DNA of 64,000 bases. Source: Pelomyxa schiedti. Its lineage: Eukaryota > Protista > Evosea. Below the pieces are notes generated by a model. It saw nothing but the letters and a program-made list of their open reading frames with translations. It ran no database searches and was not told the DNA's origin. The DNA lies in the NCBI GenBank assembly GCA_020536535.1, contig JAHLWZ010000526.1, forward strand, positions 96,843 through 160,842, read 5' to 3'. This document shows, piece by piece, positions 63,662-64,000 of this stretch (position 1 is its first letter; every line of letters starts with the position of its first letter). The translations under genes were made by a program, and so were the position numbers.

Positions 63662-64000
63662 ATGGCTTTGCTCAACACGAAATCTTCCCGCCCCGCAAAC
63701 AAGACAACGGGAGCCGTGGTCAATATTCCGATGTCCGTAGGTGATTCGTTCTATAGGTACCAGAGGCCAGATCTGTCAATCAAGGTATTTTGTTTACCTT
63801 ATGGGCGAGTTATTAACTTATTATTAAAAAGGTGGTTGGCATTAGAGGAGGTGCGAGGACCGTGCTTTCAAATATCGTGAAAGTGGCTGAGGCACTTTAC
63901 TGTCCTGCTTCGTATCCTACAAAGTACTTCGGAATCATGTTGGGTGCCAAGACCTCGATTCCCGAAGAGACCCCAAGCAAGAAGGGTGACTATTCTGTAA
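63662..64000 (+). CDS. Divergent eIF5 (eIF5/eIF2-beta N-terminal domain), truncated by the window end
   Basis: VNIPMSVGDSFYRYQRPDLSIK|VVGIRGGARTVLSNIVKVAEALYCPASYPTKYFGIMLGAKT. Confidence 0.82.

Overview
Eukaryotic, very gene-dense, intron-rich genomic DNA. Introns are short (mostly about 38-55 nt) and the standard genetic code is used. Amoebozoan-type actin, LIM, F-BAR-RhoGAP and class I PI3K genes, together with a flagellar IFT54 gene, suggest a flagellated archamoeba such as Pelomyxa (inference). About 22 genes were reconstructed by tracing exons by hand: EF-1alpha-like degenerate GTPase, an intronless lineage-specific protein, actin, PI3K, GT71 mannosyltransferase, LOTUS-like protein, macrodomain protein, pseudokinase-Sel1 protein, rifampicin-phosphotransferase/PigC-like PEP-utilising enzyme, Q-rich Myb-like factor, P-protein/ArsB-NhaD permease, F-BAR-RhoGAP, RELCH, IFT54, Pumilio, LIM protein, ER-luminal TPR-GT61, ThDP-dependent enzyme, PH-RhoGAP, VIT-vWA protein and eIF5-like. 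Two gene-poor patches (about 4.4-6.1 kb and 22.5-25.4 kb) hold relics: a 30-bp-arm hairpin, a transposase-like remnant, and a 353-bp TG..CA solo-LTR-like insertion whose empty site is preserved nearby. The most striking signal is in splicing. Two independent genes give gap-free conserved domains only if introns starting with GA (AAG|GAAAG...AG) are removed. This sits alongside GC-AG introns, 7-15-nt micro-exons and very degenerate splice signals. All gene models are hand-traced without RNA data or database searches.
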